Both the position numbers and the translations under genes were made by a program. The notes beneath the pieces were generated by a model that worked only from the letters and a program-made list of their open reading frames with translations, searched no databases and was not told where the DNA came from. Of a DNA stretch of 64,000 nt, positions 39,476 through 48,958 are shown one piece after another; position 1 is the first letter of the stretch, and each line of letters opens with the position of its first letter. This stretch comes from Ferrithrix thermotolerans DSM 19514 (GTDB lineage Bacteria; Actinomycetota; Acidimicrobiia; Acidimicrobiales; CAIXPF01): assembly GCA_945906305.1 (NCBI GenBank), contig CAMDQT010000003.1:6439-70438 (forward strand), given 5' to 3'.

Positions 39476-40305
39476 GACGTTGTCGGCGCTGGTCGCGGCG
39501 TCAGCGATGCGCTCAGGACCACAAGCTGAAAGGGCTGCAACACAAAGCCGTGATCAAGGTAGACCTGAAGGGCCCGTTCATTGATGGTTTGAGTATTAAC
39601 CAGGGCGCTCGAGGCTCCCTTTCGAGATAGCCAGCCGAGGCCGTCGCGAATGAGCAACGATGCCAACCCGCGGCGGGCATGGTGCGGATCGACGGCGAGG
39701 CGCTGGAGGTAGCCCCGTCGAGCCGCCAGGCCGAACACGGCGTAGCCGGTGGGTCGCTTGCCATCACTGGTGACTCGGTAGCGGCTGGCCGGCGTGGCAT
39801 TTACGGCGTCGGCCAGACCCTCGGCATCGAGTTGCCAGAACGGTTCAAACGCCGCCGCGTCGATGCGCAGCACCTGGGACCGATCCCCGGGGCGGGCCCG
39901 CCGAGTGGAACGCCAATTCACTGGACTGACGTCGCTGAGGTCGTGGGCCAGGAGGTGTAGACGTTCGTATTCGACGAAACCGAGTTCCAACAGGCAGGTC
40001 ATTTCCGGTTCGGCCACGGCGGAGGTGATGACCTGGGAAAAACCACGGGCCCTGGTACGTTCCAGCGCCGCCTCAATGCCCGGGCGACGTGGCTGGCCCA
40101 ACACGGCGAGGTACGCGACATCGTCGCTGCCGCGCCACGGACCGAGCCGTAAGTGCTGGCCGTCCAGGGCAATCAGTTCAGCGGAGCCGGCCGTAACCAA
40201 CGCTTCCTCCGGTACGCAATTGCCGGGTGACCTGCAGTACCCGCCGAGGTTCGGTACCTTGGCGAGGAAGGGCCAGCGTAGTCGGCTTGGTCGCCGACCT
40301 ACCAT
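39472..40305 (-). CDS. GNAT family N-acetyltransferase
   Basis: Acetyl-CoA binding motif ..GYLQRLAVDPHHARRGLASLLIRDGLGWL..ALVNTQTINERALQVYLDHGF. 4-nt overlap with the downstream gene's start. Confidence 0.7.
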   Translation of the reverse strand: MVGRRPSRLRWPFLAKVPNLGGYCRSPGNCVPEEALVTAGSAELIALDGQHLRLGPWRGSDDVAYLAVLGQPRRPGIEAALERTRARGFSQVITSAVAEPEMTCLLELGFVEYERLHLLAHDLSDVSPVNWRSTRRARPGDRSQVLRIDAAAFEPFWQLDAEGLADAVNATPASRYRVTSDGKRPTGYAVFGLAARRGYLQRLAVDPHHARRGLASLLIRDGLGWLSRKGASSALVNTQTINERALQVYLDHGFVLQPFQLVVLSASLTPRPAPTTS

Positions 40306-40347
40306 GACTCGTTCGGTCGAGCCGGTCTTTGGTTGCTCGTGGGTGGT

Positions 40348-41049
40348 TCAAGAGGCGCCTGGATGGGCACCGAGGCGCCGTGCCCGCAACAGCAGCACCG
40401 CAGGAAAGGGGCTCGGGCTGTTGTCGTGGAGTTCAAGCAGGTTGTCGACGCGAAAGCCGGTACGCACCAAGGCGGTGAACACCGCCTCGATGGAGTGCCC
40501 GTAGTCGAGACCGCGATGGCCGTTGTGGGTCCACGCCAGGGGCAAGTTGGCACCGGCCTCGACGGCACGCGTTGGATGGGGAAGGCTGAAGACCAACGGC
40601 GCTTCAGGGTGCAGTACCCGGTGAACTTGTCGGAAGACCCGGCTGAGGTCGGCTACCCCGGCGAACTCGAGCACCGACATCACGACATCTACCGTGTCGG
40701 CTCGCACCGAGGCGAGCTCGGCGAAATCCCGCTGATACATCTCAAGGTTCAGGCCCGCTTCGGAGCAGGAGCGTCGAGCTTGGGCCAGAAGTGCTTCGTC
40801 GGGCTCGACGCAGATGACCTTTGCCCCACGGCGAGTTGCGATGACGGGCAGCGCGCCCGTACCTGATCCGAGCAAGAGGAGCCGTTTGCTTGTCAGCTGA
40901 CCCAGCAAGCGAAGGCTGCCTTCGTCGCTGGGCACGGGCCCGTAGCGCAGTTCGCCCGACTCGTCGGGTGATTGAGCAATCCAAGCGGCGATAGAACTGC
41001 TCGCCGCCGGGTGAGGTCCGTCGCTGGGTGACGATCTCGTCGATGTCAT
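40348..41049 (-). CDS. class I SAM-dependent methyltransferase
   Basis: Track ORF 40348..41235. Motif I ..KRLLLLGSGTGALPVIATRRGAKVICVEPD.. ATG 41049 (MTSTRSS..) avoids overlap with the divergent DUF5318 gene. Confidence 0.7.
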   Translation of the reverse strand: MTSTRSSPSDGPHPAASSSIAAWIAQSPDESGELRYGPVPSDEGSLRLLGQLTSKRLLLLGSGTGALPVIATRRGAKVICVEPDEALLAQARRSCSEAGLNLEMYQRDFAELASVRADTVDVVMSVLEFAGVADLSRVFRQVHRVLHPEAPLVFSLPHPTRAVEAGANLPLAWTHNGHRGLDYGHSIEAVFTALVRTGFRVDNLLELHDNSPSPFPAVLLLRARRLGAHPGAS

Positions 41050-41116
41050 CGGCCCTGACGTTAGGCCATCGTTCTGGGTTGCGAGGTGAGGAGGGCCTGA
41101 TCGGACCCGTGGAGTC

Positions 41117-41599
41117 GTGGGGAATCCTCGGCTCCTCAGCGCGCGGCATCTGCGGGCGGTGGAACATCTAGCTTGGTCGGCTGTGAGATTCAGCCCCGAT
41201 TCGGCATCGGCGGGCGAGCACCGTTCGGCTGGCACGGTCGACTACCGCCTCGCCCGTCGAGCTGTCCTTGCCGACTTCCGTAAAGGCCGGTTGTCGCAAT
41301 CAGACGTCTGTGATGCCCATCCCGAGCTTCGTCGGGCGGCGCAACTCTGTAGTCGGGCGACCACCGAGCCGTGCCCGATTTGCTCGGACCACCAGTTGGT
41401 CCTTGTCACCTACGTCTTCGGCCCGACGTTGCCGGCATTCGGTCGTTGTGTGGCGAACCTCAAGGAGCTCACCACGTTGGCCAAAGGTGCTCGGCGGCAC
41501 AAACAGCCGTTCATCTGTTACGTCGTCGAGGTGTGCCCCGGCTGTAGCTGGAACCATCTGGCCAAAGTGTTTCCTCTCCAAAGGGCCAGTTCCGAATGA
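41117..41599 (+). CDS. DUF5318 domain protein (Rv0049-like, upstream of ponA)
   Basis: ..VDYRLARRAVLADFRKGRLSQSDVCDAHPELRRAA..EPCPICSDHQLVLVTYVFG..YVVEVCPGCSWNHL shows the four-Cys DUF5318 pattern. The true start may be GTG 41156 or 41183. Confidence 0.7.
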   Translation: MGNPRLLSARHLRAVEHLAWSAVRFSPDSASAGEHRSAGTVDYRLARRAVLADFRKGRLSQSDVCDAHPELRRAAQLCSRATTEPCPICSDHQLVLVTYVFGPTLPAFGRCVANLKELTTLAKGARRHKQPFICYVVEVCPGCSWNHLAKVFPLQRASSE

Positions 41600-44073
41600 G
41601 TTCCGTCGGCCGGTCGCGGTCGAACCGACGGTCATCGGGACGCTCGTCCCAGCCCCGTTCGGGGTCGCCAGGGCGGGGCGGACGGGCCAAGGCCAGGCCA
41701 GGCTCAAGAATTCGCAAGTGGACCGAGGCGGTGTCGCTGCGCCAGGCCGCGCGACACCAGCAGAAACAGGTTCGACGCCTTGAGGCGCATCGGCGTCGTC
41801 GGGTTCGATCCGACGTTGTTTGGCGCTGGCGGTGGTTTCTCGTGGGAACCGCCGCAGTATCGGTGCTGGCGCTCATCGGGGTGGTGGTGGTGGTGGCTCG
41901 GGTGCACTTGCCGCCCGCGCCAGATCTTGCGCAGACCACATACATCTGCTCGGCCGAAGTGAGCTCCGGCTGCTCCCGGGGCAATGAGATCGCCAGCTTG
42001 CGGGCCGAGGTGGATCGGGTGGTGGTGCCTTTCGAGCAGATCCCGCCCGTCGTGGTGGCGGCCGTGCTGGCGGCGGAGGACCGCGACTACTTCCGTCACA
42101 GCGGGATTGATCCCTTCGGGATCGCTCGTGCCGTGGTACGTGATCTTCAGAACCATGGTGAGTTGCAGGGTGGATCGACCATCACCCAGCAGTACGTCAA
42201 GAACGCCTTCCTGACCCAGGAACGCAGCCTGTCCCGCAAGCTGCGAGAGGCAGTGCTGGCGGTGAAGTTGGAACGGGTTCGATCCAAGGAGGAGATCCTT
42301 ACCGACTACTTGAACACGATCTACTTCGGACGGGGCGCGTACGGCGTCGAGGCTGCCTCGCACGCTTACTTCGGGCACGGCATTGAGTTGGTCGGTGCGG
42401 ACTATGACTATCCGTTCACGAGTGCCAAGGGGTTGGCGAAGGCGGTGTACCTGGCTGGTCTGATTCGTTCGCCCGAGACGGCCGATGCCTACTTTGATCC
42501 TGAGGAAGCGGCCTTCCGTCGTGACTCGGTGCTCGATGGCATGCTCGAGGAGGGCTACATCACCGATGAGCAGGGTCAGGCGGCGAAGGCGCTGCCGTTC
42601 CGGACGGTCGAGGACCAGAACAACGGGTACGTGCAACCGCGTCTCGAGTCCGCCGACGGCATTCAGATCTACTATCAGGGCGCAGGCGCGGAGTATTTCG
42701 TGGATGCCGTTCGGCAGTGGTTGCTGAAGCGTTTTGGCGCCCAGCAAGTGTTCAACGGCGGGCTTCGCGTGTACACGACGTTGGATCGCACCTTGCAAGA
42801 CGCGGCGTACACGACGGTGTACGGCCGGGACGCCGCCACGGGCCCGCCGATCGAGGGGATGCTGGCTGAGCACGGAGATCCGGCCGGATCCATCGTGGCG
42901 GAGGATGACCGCGGCCGCATTGTGGCGATGGTGGGGGGCAAGGACTTCAACCGATCGCAGGTGAACCTCGCTACCGGCCAACACGGCGGCGGCTCGGGCC
43001 GACAGCCCGGCTCCACCTTCAAGCCTTTTGTCCTCGCCGCCGCGCTGGAGGACGGATTGTCGGCATTGTCGACGTTCCCGGCTCCATCCCAGGTGGTGTT
43101 CAAGGGCGCGAACAACGGCCAGGACTGGGAGGTTTCCGGCGGTGGTGCCGTCTCTGGTCGCTACAGCCTGCTCGACGGATTGGCGCAGTCTTCCAACACG
43201 GTTTACGCCCAACTGATGCTGCGCGAGGGTGCGGCGAGGGTGGTGGCGTTGGCTGAACGTATGGGTGTGAAGGCTGAGTTGCAGCCCGTGCCAGCCTTGG
43301 TGCTCGGTTCGGGTGAGGTCTCAGTTCAAGACATGGCGAGTGCCTATTCGACCATTGCTCGTCGAGGGTCCTATGTGGAGCCGCAGATGGTCACCCGGGT
43401 CGAGGACGCGTCGGGCAAGCTGCTGTGGTCGGCACCGGCGTACAACCCCGCCAGGGTCCTGCAGATTGAGACCGCTGACGCGATCACGACGGCCATGGTG
43501 GAAGTCATCGACAGCGGCACCGGCGCCCAGGCGAGGATCGCCAACCAGGCTGCCGGCAAGACCGGCACGACGGAGGACTACCGCGATGCCTGGTTCGTGG
43601 GCTACTCCTGTCTTGGCAGCGGAATGCTCACCGCTGCGGTGTGGATGGGCTACCCCGGCACCGATGGCCAGGCGGTCACCTCGATGCTCGATGTGCATGG
43701 GGTCAGCCGGGTCACTGGCGGCACGATTCCGGCGGAGATCTGGGCGCGGTTCATGACCGAGGCGACAAAGGCGACGCCGGCGTGCGAACTTTCGATGACC
43801 ACGAAATTCGCTGGTAGCAGGATCGATGTCAGCGACGTCGCTGACTTCGGAGGCAAAGTTCCACCCGGGGGGTTCCGGGCGACGACCACAGTGGTGGTGA
43901 CGACGACGACAGTTTTGCCCACCACTTCAACCCGGGCGGTGTCCACGACGGTGTTGCCCATCACCTCATCTACACCGGCGTCGACCACGACCAGCAGTGT
44001 GGCCAGCGGTACGTCGACGCCGTCGACAACCGGGCCACCATCGCCGACTTCCGCGCCGGGCGGCATCGGTTAA
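41596..44073 (+). CDS. ponA: class A penicillin-binding protein (bifunctional transglycosylase/transpeptidase, PBP1A)
   Basis: Glycosyltransferase-51 motifs EDRDYFRHSGIDPFGIARA, GGSTITQQYVKN and RKLREAVLAVKLE. Transpeptidase motifs STFKP and KTGTT. Basic N-terminal tail, one TM helix, Thr/Ser/Pro-rich C-terminus. Confidence 0.92.
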   Translation: MSSVGRSRSNRRSSGRSSQPRSGSPGRGGRAKARPGSRIRKWTEAVSLRQAARHQQKQVRRLEAHRRRRVRSDVVWRWRWFLVGTAAVSVLALIGVVVVVARVHLPPAPDLAQTTYICSAEVSSGCSRGNEIASLRAEVDRVVVPFEQIPPVVVAAVLAAEDRDYFRHSGIDPFGIARAVVRDLQNHGELQGGSTITQQYVKNAFLTQERSLSRKLREAVLAVKLERVRSKEEILTDYLNTIYFGRGAYGVEAASHAYFGHGIELVGADYDYPFTSAKGLAKAVYLAGLIRSPETADAYFDPEEAAFRRDSVLDGMLEEGYITDEQGQAAKALPFRTVEDQNNGYVQPRLESADGIQIYYQGAGAEYFVDAVRQWLLKRFGAQQVFNGGLRVYTTLDRTLQDAAYTTVYGRDAATGPPIEGMLAEHGDPAGSIVAEDDRGRIVAMVGGKDFNRSQVNLATGQHGGGSGRQPGSTFKPFVLAAALEDGLSALSTFPAPSQVVFKGANNGQDWEVSGGGAVSGRYSLLDGLAQSSNTVYAQLMLREGAARVVALAERMGVKAELQPVPALVLGSGEVSVQDMASAYSTIARRGSYVEPQMVTRVEDASGKLLWSAPAYNPARVLQIETADAITTAMVEVIDSGTGAQARIANQAAGKTGTTEDYRDAWFVGYSCLGSGMLTAAVWMGYPGTDGQAVTSMLDVHGVSRVTGGTIPAEIWARFMTEATKATPACELSMTTKFAGSRIDVSDVADFGGKVPPGGFRATTTVVVTTTTVLPTTSTRAVSTTVLPITSSTPASTTTSSVASGTSTPSTTGPPSPTSAPGGIG

Positions 44074-44190
44074 ACCACCCCAGGGCAACGCCGTCTGCGC
44101 TTCGTTGTCACAGGGTCCGCGCATCATGGGCGCATCGGGCGAGGACGGCATTTCGGCAAGAATGGCCCTCGACGATGCATTCATCGCTAT

Positions 44191-44227
44191 GATGCAGGGT
44201 CCATTCACACGACCCTGCCTCGTCATC
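44191..44227 (+). promoter_or_regulatory. stem-loop in the rpsF 5' leader (candidate ribosomal-protein autoregulatory leader)
   Basis: GCAGGGTC (44194-44201) pairs with GACCCTGC (44211-44218) around a 9-nt loop, flanked by GATG..CATC. A second hairpin CCCGGC-TGCG-GCCGGG follows, just before the GAGGGAGG Shine-Dalgarno. Confidence 0.3.
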
Positions 44228-44276
44228 GGGACGGGGCCCCGGCTGCGGCCGGGTCCAGAGGGAGGTACTAACCCGC

Positions 44277-44606
44277 ATGCGGGTCTACGAAATGATGATC
44301 ATCTTCGATTCGGACGTAGATGATTCGGGAATTCAGCAGATGCTCAACCGGGTTACCGAGATGGTGACGGCCGGTAAAGGCAAGGTGGCGAGCACCGATC
44401 GTTGGGGTCGGCGCCGCTTCGCCTATGAGATCAACCACAAGCTTGAGGGCTATTACGTGGTGCTAGAGATCGTGACCGAGGCCGCAAACCTCGATGACAT
44501 CGATCGCATGCTGCGCATTGCCGATCAGATCGTCCGGCACAAGACCATGCGTTTGCCAGAGCATGAGGCTGCCCGGCGCGGCCTGCTCGGGCAACGCGCC
44601 TCGTGA
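44277..44606 (+). CDS. rpsF: 30S ribosomal protein S6
   Basis: MRVYEMMIIFDSDVDDSG..STDRWGRRRFAYEINHKLEGYYVVLEI. Confidence 0.95.
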   Translation: MRVYEMMIIFDSDVDDSGIQQMLNRVTEMVTAGKGKVASTDRWGRRRFAYEINHKLEGYYVVLEIVTEAANLDDIDRMLRIADQIVRHKTMRLPEHEAARRGLLGQRAS

Positions 44607-44621
44607 TCAGGAGGACGACCG

Positions 44622-45098
44622 ATGGCTATCGGAAACAGTGTCGACATCGTCGGCAATATCACCCGCGACCCTGAGTTGCGCTTCACCCCCGGCGGCATGG
44701 CCGTCGCCCAGTTCGGCCTCGCGGTGAACCGTCGACGCCAGGACCGCACCACCAATGAGTGGAAGGAAGAGACTTCCTTTTTCGATGTGGTGGCCTATGG
44801 ATCGCTGGCCGAGAACATCTCTGAATCGTTGAGCCGCGGTTCCCGTGTGCTGGTTCAGGGCCGGCTGGAGCAGCGGTCGTGGGAAACCCAAGACGGTGAC
44901 CGTCGATCCAAGATCGAGGTCGTCGCCGATGAGATCGGGCCGTCCCTGCGCTGGGCTACGGCCGAGGTGACCAAGAACGAACGCCGCGGCGATGGTGGCA
45001 ACACCCCGGGAGGTGCTGGCCCCAGTTCTGGGGGCAGCTTCTCCCGCCCTGGAACCAATCAACCGCCGGCCTATGACTACGACGAGGAGCCGTTCTGA
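44622..45098 (+). CDS. ssb: single-stranded DNA-binding protein
   Basis: OB fold ..[34 protein letters not shown].., a Gly-rich linker and the acidic tip DYDEEPF. Confidence 0.95.
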   Translation: MAIGNSVDIVGNITRDPELRFTPGGMAVAQFGLAVNRRRQDRTTNEWKEETSFFDVVAYGSLAENISESLSRGSRVLVQGRLEQRSWETQDGDRRSKIEVVADEIGPSLRWATAEVTKNERRGDGGNTPGGAGPSSGGSFSRPGTNQPPAYDYDEEPF

Positions 45099-45493
45099 TG
45101 CCGAAGGTCAAGGCCCCTCAACGGGGCAAGCTGAAGGACAACGCCAAGCGCGCCAAGAAGAAGATCTCTGTACTCACCCAGGAGCGTGTCGCGTACCTGG
45201 ACTACAAAGACGTCAACCTTCTTCGCCGCTTCATGTCGGATCGGGCCAAGATCCGCGCTCGTCGGGTGACCGGAAACGATCAGCAGCAGCAGCGGGCAGT
45301 GGCCATGGCCATCAAGAATGCTCGTGAAATGGCCCTGCTGCCATACGCCAATCGGGTCACCACACAGCGCAGCTCGCGGCCGGACCGTGGTAACCGAGGA
45401 GAGGGTCGTCCACCCCGTGGCGAGGACACCGACTTGGCGCCGTTGGCTGAGGTTGTCGACGCGACGCCGGACGTTGAGGAGGTAGACGCATGA
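45098..45493 (+). CDS. rpsR: 30S ribosomal protein S18 with a C-terminal extension of about 48 aa
   Basis: ..[53 protein letters not shown] is the S18 core. It is followed by a basic-then-acidic tail ending ..DVEEVDA. The stop overlaps the rplI ATG. Confidence 0.9.
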   Translation: MPKVKAPQRGKLKDNAKRAKKKISVLTQERVAYLDYKDVNLLRRFMSDRAKIRARRVTGNDQQQQRAVAMAIKNAREMALLPYANRVTTQRSSRPDRGNRGEGRPPRGEDTDLAPLAEVVDATPDVEEVDA

Positions 45494-45939
45494 TCAAGGT
45501 CATCCTTCGAGACACCGTGCGCGGGTTGGGTAAGCGGGGGGAACTGGTCGAGGTGAGTGACGGGTATGCCCGGAACTATCTGCTGCCGCAGGGTCTGGCG
45601 ATGCGTTCCTCGGCTGGCGCCGAGACTCAAGCGGCCACGATGCGTTCGTCCCGGGACGTCAAAGATGCGCGCAATCGCGCCGCGGCCGAAGAGATTGCCA
45701 AGCGTCTCGCACCCACGGTGATCAAGATCGAGGCCCGGGTCGGTAGCGAAGGTCGGCTGTTCGGTTCCGTCTCGGAGGCTGATGTAGTCGAGGCGATCTA
45801 CCTTCAGACTGGCCTTGAGGTCGATCGGCGGACCATTGCCATGCACGAGCATCTGAAAACCGTGGGCATGCATTCGGTTCCGGCTCACCTGCACAGCGAC
45901 GTACAGATCTTCCTGCAGGTCGACGTAGTCGCTCGCTGA
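45490..45939 (+). CDS. rplI: 50S ribosomal protein L9
   Basis: [37 protein letters not shown].. Confidence 0.95.
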   Translation: MIKVILRDTVRGLGKRGELVEVSDGYARNYLLPQGLAMRSSAGAETQAATMRSSRDVKDARNRAAAEEIAKRLAPTVIKIEARVGSEGRLFGSVSEADVVEAIYLQTGLEVDRRTIAMHEHLKTVGMHSVPAHLHSDVQIFLQVDVVAR

Positions 45940-45969
45940 GCAGACTGCATCGAGGTCACCGTCGGACGC

Positions 45970-46002
45970 GCGATTGCGTCGCCCACCAGGCGGCGCAATC
46001 GC
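45970..46002 (+). terminator. strong stem-loop after rplI (possible terminator or processing site)
   Basis: 13-bp stem (one G-U pair) GCGATTGCGTCGC / GCGGCGCAATCGC with a 7-nt loop, 30 nt after the rplI stop. It is followed by TCTGTCCCC, with no real U tract. Confidence 0.45.
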
Positions 46003-46034
46003 TCTGTCCCCAGGATGGGGCTATTTACACAGTG

Positions 46035-46075
46035 TTATCCACAGAAGTTTCCCACCTTTCCCCTGGATATCCACA
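46035..46075. promoter_or_regulatory. two direct DnaA-box-like sites upstream of dnaB
   Basis: TTATCCACA (46035-46043, a perfect E. coli-type box) and ATATCCACA (46067-46075). Both are followed by G. The second box ends 21 nt before the preferred dnaB ATG (46097); the first lies about 60 nt upstream. Confidence 0.45.
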
Positions 46076-46096
46076 GCCCATGTCGCCCAAGGTGTG

Positions 46097-47461
46097 ATGA
46101 TCATGGTGCCTCCCCCTACCGGTGAGCTGGGTCGAACATCGGCCCGGGTAACGCCGCACAACTTGCAAGCGGAGGAGTCTCTCCTCGGTGCCATGTTGTT
46201 GTCGCGAGACGCCATCGCCACCGCGACGGAGACCGTGCGGCCTGAGCACTTCTACAAGCCGGCGCATGCGCATGTCTTTGATGCGATCGCCACGCTGTAC
46301 AGCGCCGGAGAACCAGCCGATCCGATAACCGTGGCCGATGAGCTCAACCGTGCCGGGTTGCTCGATGCGATTGGCGGCCCCGGCACTCTGATTGCTTTGC
46401 AGGCATCGGCTCCGGCCATCTCCAATGCCCGTCGTCATGGCGAGATCATCGAGGAATTGGCGCTGTTGCGTTCGATGATCAACACCGCCAGCGAGATCGC
46501 TGAGTTGGGATACTCGCTGCCCGACGATGTGGCCAAAGCGGTCGATCAGGCCGAGTCGATGATCTTCAACCTGGCCCAACACCGAGTGACGAGCAGTACC
46601 GTCTCGGTTCATGAACTGCTAGGCGAGACCCTCGATCGTCTCGAACAGCTCTACGAGCGAGGGGAGTCGATCACCGGCACACCGACCGGCTATGTGGATC
46701 TCGACGAGATCTTGTCCGGCCTTCAACCCAATGCCCTGGTGGTGGTCGGAGCCCGACCGGCGATGGGCAAGACGAGCTTCGCTCTCGGTATGGCCGCTCA
46801 CGGTGCCCTGGCCTCGCGCAAGCCGTCGCTGGTCTTCTCCTTGGAGATGAGTCGGCTCGAGATCACTCAGCGCCTGCTTTCATCGGAAGCCAGGGTGGAT
46901 GCGACCCGGATGCGTACCGGCAAGCTTTCCGAGTCCGACTGGGAGAAGTTGGGCCGTGCGGTCGGGCCGCTTGCCGAAGCGCCGATCTGGATTGACGACA
47001 ATCCCAATGTGACCGTCATGGAGATTCGCTCCAAGGCGCGCAAGCTCAAATCGCAGGTGGGCTCGCTCGGGATGGTCATTGTGGACTACGTACAGCTCAT
47101 GACCGGCCGGTCCGGTGCCGAGTCTCGTCAGGTCGAGGTGGCGGAGATCAGCCGTGGACTGAAGATCCTGGCGCGTGAGATCGAGGCTCCCGTGGTGGCA
47201 CTAGCGCAGCTCAACCGGGGCCTTGAGCAGAGGGCGGATAAGCGGCCGATGCTGTCGGACCTGCGCGAGAGCGGTTCGCTTGAGCAAGATGCCGACGTGG
47301 TGATGTTCTTGTACCGCGACGAGGTGTATCACCATGACACCCAGGATCAAGGCGTCGCTGAGGTCATCGTTGCCAAGCACCGCTCCGGACCCACCGGCAC
47401 GGTGCGACTGGCGTTTCTCGGTCAGTACACGAAGTTCGCCAATATGGCACGCAACCCTTGA
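46097..47461 (+). CDS. dnaB: replicative DNA helicase DnaB (no intein)
   Basis: Track ORF from 45974. The conserved part starts ..RVTPHNLQAEESLLGAMLLS. Walker A GARPAMGKTSFALG; ..LFSLEMS.. and ..VIVDYVQLM.. motifs. ATG 46097 places the DnaA-like boxes in the promoter rather than in the CDS. Confidence 0.93.
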   Translation: MIMVPPPTGELGRTSARVTPHNLQAEESLLGAMLLSRDAIATATETVRPEHFYKPAHAHVFDAIATLYSAGEPADPITVADELNRAGLLDAIGGPGTLIALQASAPAISNARRHGEIIEELALLRSMINTASEIAELGYSLPDDVAKAVDQAESMIFNLAQHRVTSSTVSVHELLGETLDRLEQLYERGESITGTPTGYVDLDEILSGLQPNALVVVGARPAMGKTSFALGMAAHGALASRKPSLVFSLEMSRLEITQRLLSSEARVDATRMRTGKLSESDWEKLGRAVGPLAEAPIWIDDNPNVTVMEIRSKARKLKSQVGSLGMVIVDYVQLMTGRSGAESRQVEVAEISRGLKILAREIEAPVVALAQLNRGLEQRADKRPMLSDLRESGSLEQDADVVMFLYRDEVYHHDTQDQGVAEVIVAKHRSGPTGTVRLAFLGQYTKFANMARNP

Positions 47462-47560
47462 CGGGTCGGATCGGGCGCCTGTTGGGGCCCGGCCGAGTCA
47501 GCCGGACGACCCGGGGGCACTTCGGACCCGATATGGGTCAACGCTCTACGATGAGCGTCC

Positions 47561-48901
47561 ATGGGGGAAGGGACATCTCGGGGATCAGACTCGAATTGCG
47601 TACCCACCTCACTGCTGACCGACCACTATGAGCTGACGATGGTCGACGCCGCGTTGCGTTCCGGGGTGGCGCAGCATCGAGCGGTGTTCGAATGTTTCAC
47701 CCGGCGACTGCCATCGGGGCGTCGTTACGGCGTCGTCGCGGGCACCGATCGGCTACTTGACGCGGTCGAAGCGTTCCGCTTCGACGAGGTCCAACTAGCG
47801 TGGTTGGCGAGTCAGAGCTTCTTGCATTCTGCGACGCTCGAGTGGTTGGCCTCCTATCGGTTCGGAGGCGACATCACCGGCTATGCGGAGGGTGAGCTGT
47901 ATGTCGCGGATTCACCGATTCTCACGGTGGAGGCGACCTTCGCCGAGGCGGTAGTGCTCGAGACGGTGGTCTTGTCGATCCTCAACCATGATTGTTCGGT
48001 GGCCGCCGCGGCCGCCCGCATGGTCATCGCGGCCGCTGGCCGCCCTCTCATCGAGGCGGGAAGTCGCCGGACATCGGAGCACGCCGGCCCGGCCGCCGCC
48101 CGGGCCGCATACCTGGCCGGTTTCGCCGCCACCTCCAATCTCGAGGCCGGGCGACGTTGGGGTGTGCCAACCGGGGGAACCGCGTCCCATGCCTTCATCT
48201 TGGCTCATGCCGACGAACGGGCGGCGTTCGAGGCGCAGCTCGCCATGACTGGGCCAGCAACCACGTTGTTGGTCGACACCTTCGATGTGGAGAGCGGCAT
48301 TCGACAGGCGGTGGCGAGCGCGGGTCCAACTCTGGGTGCAATCCGCATCGACTCGGGTGATTTGGGGGCGATTTCGCGACGCGCTCGGGCGCTGCTCGAC
48401 GAGCTTGGGGCCACCGGCACCCAGATTGTGCTCTCCGGCGACCTCGATGAGTGGAGCATCGACGAACTGGTTCGTGGGGGTGCCCCGGTCGACCGAATGC
48501 TGGTAGGTACCCAGTTGGTAACCGGATCGGGCGCACCTGCCGCAGGCCTGGTCTACAAGCTGGTAGCGATGGCTGAGCATCCCGGCGCGGATTCGCCGTT
48601 GCATCCGGTGGCCAAGCAGTCAACAGGAAAGGCAACCCACGGGGGCCGTAAGGCGGCCGGCCGACGGCTCGATCACTCTGGGCTGGCGGTGGAGGAGTTG
48701 GTGCTACAGGACGGCGGTGCAGGCGAAATCGAACGGGCGGACGTGCGGCCCCTGCAGCGCCGCTTTGTTAGGCACGGAGAAGTCTTGTGCCGGCCAACCC
48801 TGGCCCAGGCGCGGGCCCATCACGAGCTTGTCAAGGACGAGCTTTCGGCCCAGGCGCGGACCTTGAGTGCAGGAGCGCCCTTCCTCGCCGTGCGGACCTG
48901 A
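47561..48901 (+). CDS. pncB: nicotinate phosphoribosyltransferase
   Basis: ..SLLTDHYELTMVDAALRSG..FECFTRRLP..GGTASHAFILAH..IRIDSGD.. is the NAPRTase pattern. The exact start is uncertain. Confidence 0.85.
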   Translation: MGEGTSRGSDSNCVPTSLLTDHYELTMVDAALRSGVAQHRAVFECFTRRLPSGRRYGVVAGTDRLLDAVEAFRFDEVQLAWLASQSFLHSATLEWLASYRFGGDITGYAEGELYVADSPILTVEATFAEAVVLETVVLSILNHDCSVAAAAARMVIAAAGRPLIEAGSRRTSEHAGPAAARAAYLAGFAATSNLEAGRRWGVPTGGTASHAFILAHADERAAFEAQLAMTGPATTLLVDTFDVESGIRQAVASAGPTLGAIRIDSGDLGAISRRARALLDELGATGTQIVLSGDLDEWSIDELVRGGAPVDRMLVGTQLVTGSGAPAAGLVYKLVAMAEHPGADSPLHPVAKQSTGKATHGGRKAAGRRLDHSGLAVEELVLQDGGAGEIERADVRPLQRRFVRHGEVLCRPTLAQARAHHELVKDELSAQARTLSAGAPFLAVRT

Positions 48902-48958
48902 ACCTCGGGCCTGCCATGGCGGGCCAAACGGAACGTCCGTGCCTAGGCTTCCGGGTCG

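Noticed and set aside
45974-46096. N-terminal extension of dnaB
   Set aside because: The extension has no similarity to DnaB N-termini and would bury two DnaA-box-like sites in coding sequence, so ATG 46097 is preferred. For the same reason I trimmed the 5' extensions of the track ORFs at 809, 6528, 13103, 50496, 52980, 56638 and 61222.
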